From Candidatus Treponema faecavium (GTDB lineage Bacteria > Spirochaetota > Spirochaetia > Treponematales > Treponemataceae), in NCBI GenBank assembly GCA_019113455.1, contig DXHG01000055.1:1-35457 (forward strand): a DNA stretch of 35,457 bases, read 5' to 3'. Shown here in pieces: positions 32,550 through 35,457 of this stretch. Below the pieces are notes generated by a model. It saw nothing but the letters and a program-made list of their open reading frames with translations, was not told the origin of the DNA and did not search any database. Position numbers and translations under genes: made by a program. Numbering within the stretch: position 1 is the stretch's first letter; the number at the start of each line of letters is the position of its first letter.

Positions 32550-34074
32550 ATTCCCCTGACAGCCGACAGACATGAAACGCAACGGTAAAGCGCGTTTCTC
32601 CGTCTGCGCTTTCGGCGGTAATGTGCGCGCCGTGGCGTTCGGCTATCTGACGTGCTATCGCGAGGCCAAGCCCCGTTCCGCCCGTTCTTTCGGTATTTGA
32701 CGCGCGGTAAAAACGATCGAATACGTGCGGCAGTGCTTCAGGCGCAATGCCGCTGCCGTTGTCGCGCACGCAGGCGCTGACAGCGTCCTGGCTGCGGATG
32801 AGCGAGAGCGATACTTCTGCCCCTTCGGGAGAAAACTTGACAGCGTTGTCAAGCAGTATCAGCAGAAGCTGGCGGATGCGCCCGTAATCGCCTAAGACAG
32901 TGCAGTCTTTTTCTGTGCTTTTAAACACGATGCGCACCGATTTAGGCGCGGCAATGCGCCGCGCCGCGCGCACCGCATCCCGTGCGACGTCGTGCAGGTC
33001 AAACGTTTCTTTTTCGAGGCGGAACTGCTCGTTCTGCAGGCGGGAGAGATCGAGCAGATCGTTTATGAGCCGTGAAAGCTGTTCTGTCTCGCGCTGCATC
33101 TGCGCGTAGTATTCTGCGGTCTCTGTCTCGCCGCGTACCGCTCCGCTTAAAAGCATTTCAACCGAACCTTTGAGCACCGCCGCCGGCGTGCGCAGCTCAT
33201 GCGATATATTTGCAAAAAAGTCGTCGCGCATCCGGTCAAGCGACTTGCGCTCCTGTTCTGCCTGTTCAAGCCGGCCGGCAAGCGAGTCAACGTCGGCGGC
33301 AAGCAAGCCGATTTCGTCATCGTCGTTCACGCCGCAGCGTTCACCGTAGCGGCCTTCGGCAAGGCAGCGCGCCGTCTCCGAGATGCGCACGAGCGGGCGG
33401 GTAAACCGCCTGCTGAGAAGGAACGCCGCACCGGCAGCGGCCGCCGCCGCAGCCGCCGCCCCGAGCGCGAGCGCGTGCAGCGCGGGCGTTACCGCGCTGA
33501 GCACGCTGCTTTCCGGCGAGAAAAGCAGCGCTGCGCCTGCGGTATTTCCTGAATTGTCCCGTATCGGCACGCCTACGATAAGCGCTGCCGTGCCGAAGCC
33601 TGGGCCGCTGCCCGGGGGCAGGCGCTGTTTAAATGACGCCGAAGAGCCGTCAAGCAGGCCGGCGACCGCCTGCCGCAGTTCCTGCGGCAGTTCCTGTGCG
33701 GCGGCTGTGTACGATTCTGCGTACGGGACGTGATTTCTGCCGTGCATCCGGTTCCCGCCGCTTGAATCGGTGCGCATACACTGCATATTCATGCCGCGGT
33801 CTGCTATCCACATATCGGTTACAGCTATCTGTTTAAGAAACTGCCGGTAGATCCCAAATACACGCCGTTGTGCGCTGCCGTGCATACCGTATGGGCCGAG
33901 CGTCTGCGCGACGGCGAACGCCTGTTCGGTCATATGCTGCTGCTGGAGATTCGTCTCATGCAGGCGGAACAGCGACACGAATACAATGGTAAGCACGAGC
34001 GTAAAAAGCAGCAGCACCGCCAGAAAATACACGGCAATGCGGGAAAATATCGATGTCTTCATACGTGTTTTCAT
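32548..34074 (-). CDS. Sensor histidine kinase (two TM, HAMP, HisKA, HATPase_c)
   Basis: 508 aa. H-box FFANISHELRTP, N-box LLDNAVKFSP, G-boxes DNGSGI and GGTGLGLAI. 4-nt overlap with the upstream response regulator. Confidence 0.92.
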   Translation of the reverse strand: MKTRMKTSIFSRIAVYFLAVLLLFTLVLTIVFVSLFRLHETNLQQQHMTEQAFAVAQTLGPYGMHGSAQRRVFGIYRQFLKQIAVTDMWIADRGMNMQCMRTDSSGGNRMHGRNHVPYAESYTAAAQELPQELRQAVAGLLDGSSASFKQRLPPGSGPGFGTAALIVGVPIRDNSGNTAGAALLFSPESSVLSAVTPALHALALGAAAAAAAAAGAAFLLSRRFTRPLVRISETARCLAEGRYGERCGVNDDDEIGLLAADVDSLAGRLEQAEQERKSLDRMRDDFFANISHELRTPAAVLKGSVEMLLSGAVRGETETAEYYAQMQRETEQLSRLINDLLDLSRLQNEQFRLEKETFDLHDVARDAVRAARRIAAPKSVRIVFKSTEKDCTVLGDYGRIRQLLLILLDNAVKFSPEGAEVSLSLIRSQDAVSACVRDNGSGIAPEALPHVFDRFYRASNTERTGGTGLGLAIARQIAERHGAHITAESADGETRFTVAFHVCRLSGE

Positions 34075-34760
34075 TGGACGCGCTCAAACCGATAGCCTGC
34101 GCCGCGCACCGTTTCGATTGACCAGTCTGGATGGCTGGCGGCGGCGAGTTTTGCGCGCAGCCGCTTGATGTGCGAATCCACGGTGCGCGGATCGCCGTAG
34201 TAGTCTATGCCCCACAGCTGATCGAGGAGCATATCGCGCGTAAATACGCGCCCCGCGCCTGATGCGAGCGTCCACAGCACGTCTGTTTCGCGTTTAGTCA
34301 GCACGACCGGTTCCCCGTTTATTTCTACGCGGTACTCGTCGAGGTCTATGCGGAGGCTGCCCGCGTGCAGTGTGCGCCGCTGGCTCGGCACAGTTTCGCG
34401 TCCGATGCGGCGCATGACAGCGCGCACGCGCGCCATGACTTCCGCAGGCGAAAACGGTTTTACAATGTAGTCGTCCGCACCGATGTCCAGCCCCATGATT
34501 TTTTCAAATTCTTCGCTGCGCGCCGTTATCATGAGCACGGGTACGGTGCTTTCAGCTCGTATAAGACGGCATACCTGAAAGCCGTCTATTTGGGGCATCA
34601 TCACGTCGAGCAGTACAACTGCGGGCTCTTCAGTGCGGAAGAGTTCGAGCGCCTGAGCGCCGTCGTATGCGGCGAGCGGCGTGAAACCTTCTGCGCGGGC
34701 GGCGTCGCAGAGAATACGCACGAGCTGTTTGTTGTCATCCGCGATCAGCATAACTGCCAT
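34071..34760 (-). CDS. OmpR/PhoB family response regulator
   Basis: 229 aa. REC motifs MLIADDN, LLDVMMPQIDG, DDYIVKPF. Winged-helix motifs LTKRETDVLWTL, VDSHIKRLRAKL, IETVRGAGYRF. Confidence 0.93.
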   Translation of the reverse strand: MAVMLIADDNKQLVRILCDAARAEGFTPLAAYDGAQALELFRTEEPAVVLLDVMMPQIDGFQVCRLIRAESTVPVLMITARSEEFEKIMGLDIGADDYIVKPFSPAEVMARVRAVMRRIGRETVPSQRRTLHAGSLRIDLDEYRVEINGEPVVLTKRETDVLWTLASGAGRVFTRDMLLDQLWGIDYYGDPRTVDSHIKRLRAKLAAASHPDWSIETVRGAGYRFERVQ

Positions 34761-34942
34761 ACTGCGTCTCCTTGTCTATGCGATAAAAATATTCTACTAT
34801 ATATATGTGTCAAACACATGGCAGTGTACACGGTAAAAAACAATAAAATATATGCGTTCTGCCGTATATTTGACACACACGCGGTATATGATGCGCGTGT
34901 CAGTTTGACAATACTATAACATCCCGATAAGGAGAAACACAA

Positions 34943-35457
34943 ATGAAAAAAACATGGTGTATGGCCGCAGCGCTTGTTCTGCTCGCGGCGGCGGTTCCAG
35001 CAGCCGGCTGGGGAGCGCAGGGCGCGGAGGAAGGAACGACGTATACGGTAGAAGAAATGCTTGAGTTTGCCGTTCAGGATGAATACCGTATGCAGCGCCT
35101 GTACGGTGTTCTGCAGCCTGATAATTACTGGGCACGCAGCCCGCATATGGATATGCTTGCAGTGCTGTGCGCGCGCTACGGTGTCGATGTTCCCGCAGAC
35201 AATCCCGACGCATATGAGCTGCCGCAGGCTTCAGACTCCGCAGAGAGCGTGCTGCAGGCAATAGAAGACGCGCAGGCTGAATCCGTGGGCATGTACAGCC
35301 GGTTCCTTGCAGAAGATTTGCCCGCTGATGTGCGCGATGTGTTTTGGCGGCTTCGCAGCTCAGGCGAACGGCAGCTTGCCGCACTGCAGCGCGGCGGGTA
35401 CGGCTACGGCCCTGCCGCAGGCGGCGGATATTACGGACGCGGCAGAGACTTTGGTGC
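34943..35457 (+). CDS. Secreted protein, possibly ferritin-like/DUF2202-like; 3'-partial at the window end
   Basis: Not in the ORF track because there is no stop before the window end. ATG 34943 follows AAGGAGA (29-35). My own translation: MKKTWCMAAALVLLAAAVPAAGWGAQGAEEGTTYTVEEMLEFAVQDEYRMQRLYGVL..DMLAVLCARYGVDVP..ESVGMYSRFLAEDLPADVRDVFWRLRSSGERQLAALQ. Open through 35457. Signal peptide present. The family call is tentative. Confidence 0.7.
   Translation, partial: MKKTWCMAAALVLLAAAVPAAGWGAQGAEEGTTYTVEEMLEFAVQDEYRMQRLYGVLQPDNYWARSPHMDMLAVLCARYGVDVPADNPDAYELPQASDSAESVLQAIEDAQAESVGMYSRFLAEDLPADVRDVFWRLRSSGERQLAALQRGGYGYGPAAGGGYYGRGRDFG

Overview
This is a 35.5-kb high-GC bacterial chromosomal window. 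Hand counts of sample lines give about 55-65% GC. The gene content (type III glutamine synthetase, Cache-type MCP, HD-GYP/Hpt signalling, lipobox lipoprotein) gives an impression of a spirochaete such as Treponema, but no search was possible, so this is not a result. I support 30 CDSs, one of which is a 3'-partial gene absent from the ORF track. I also support two tRNAs (Ala-CGC and initiator Met-CAT), several sigma70-like promoters and several intrinsic terminators. Recognisable content: MCP, a LemA-TPM-TPM module, YchJ, an RlmB-like methyltransferase, hemolysin-III/TrhA, a response-regulator(HD-GYP)-Hpt-hisG-hisB operon, a lipoprotein plus beta-barrel-like pair, purD, a degenerate-GGDEF/EAL protein, GS type III, a HAD nucleotidase, a 559-aa orphan, the ytfQRT-yjfF galactofuranose-type ABC transporter, Crp/Fnr, trxA, an HdeD-like protein and an OmpR-type two-component pair. 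The unusual material is mostly non-coding. A modular mosaic repeat family fills almost every long intergenic gap: 1-330, 14.04-15.30 kb, 28.77-28.97 kb, 30.0 kb and 31.87-32.40 kb. It includes a ~54-bp tandem array and two inverted copies, 17.6 kb apart, of a ~260-bp element packed with TTTGCCG/CGGCAAA motifs. The best candidate for an undescribed system is at 28.97-29.96 kb. It is a markedly low-GC two-gene cassette (127-aa soluble protein plus 138-aa multi-TM protein). It is bracketed by inverted copies of the mosaic repeat and preceded by a TTGACA-T14-TGTCA promoter-like site that could be phase-variable. No CRISPR array, transposase, integrase, reverse transcriptase or recognisable defence gene was seen.
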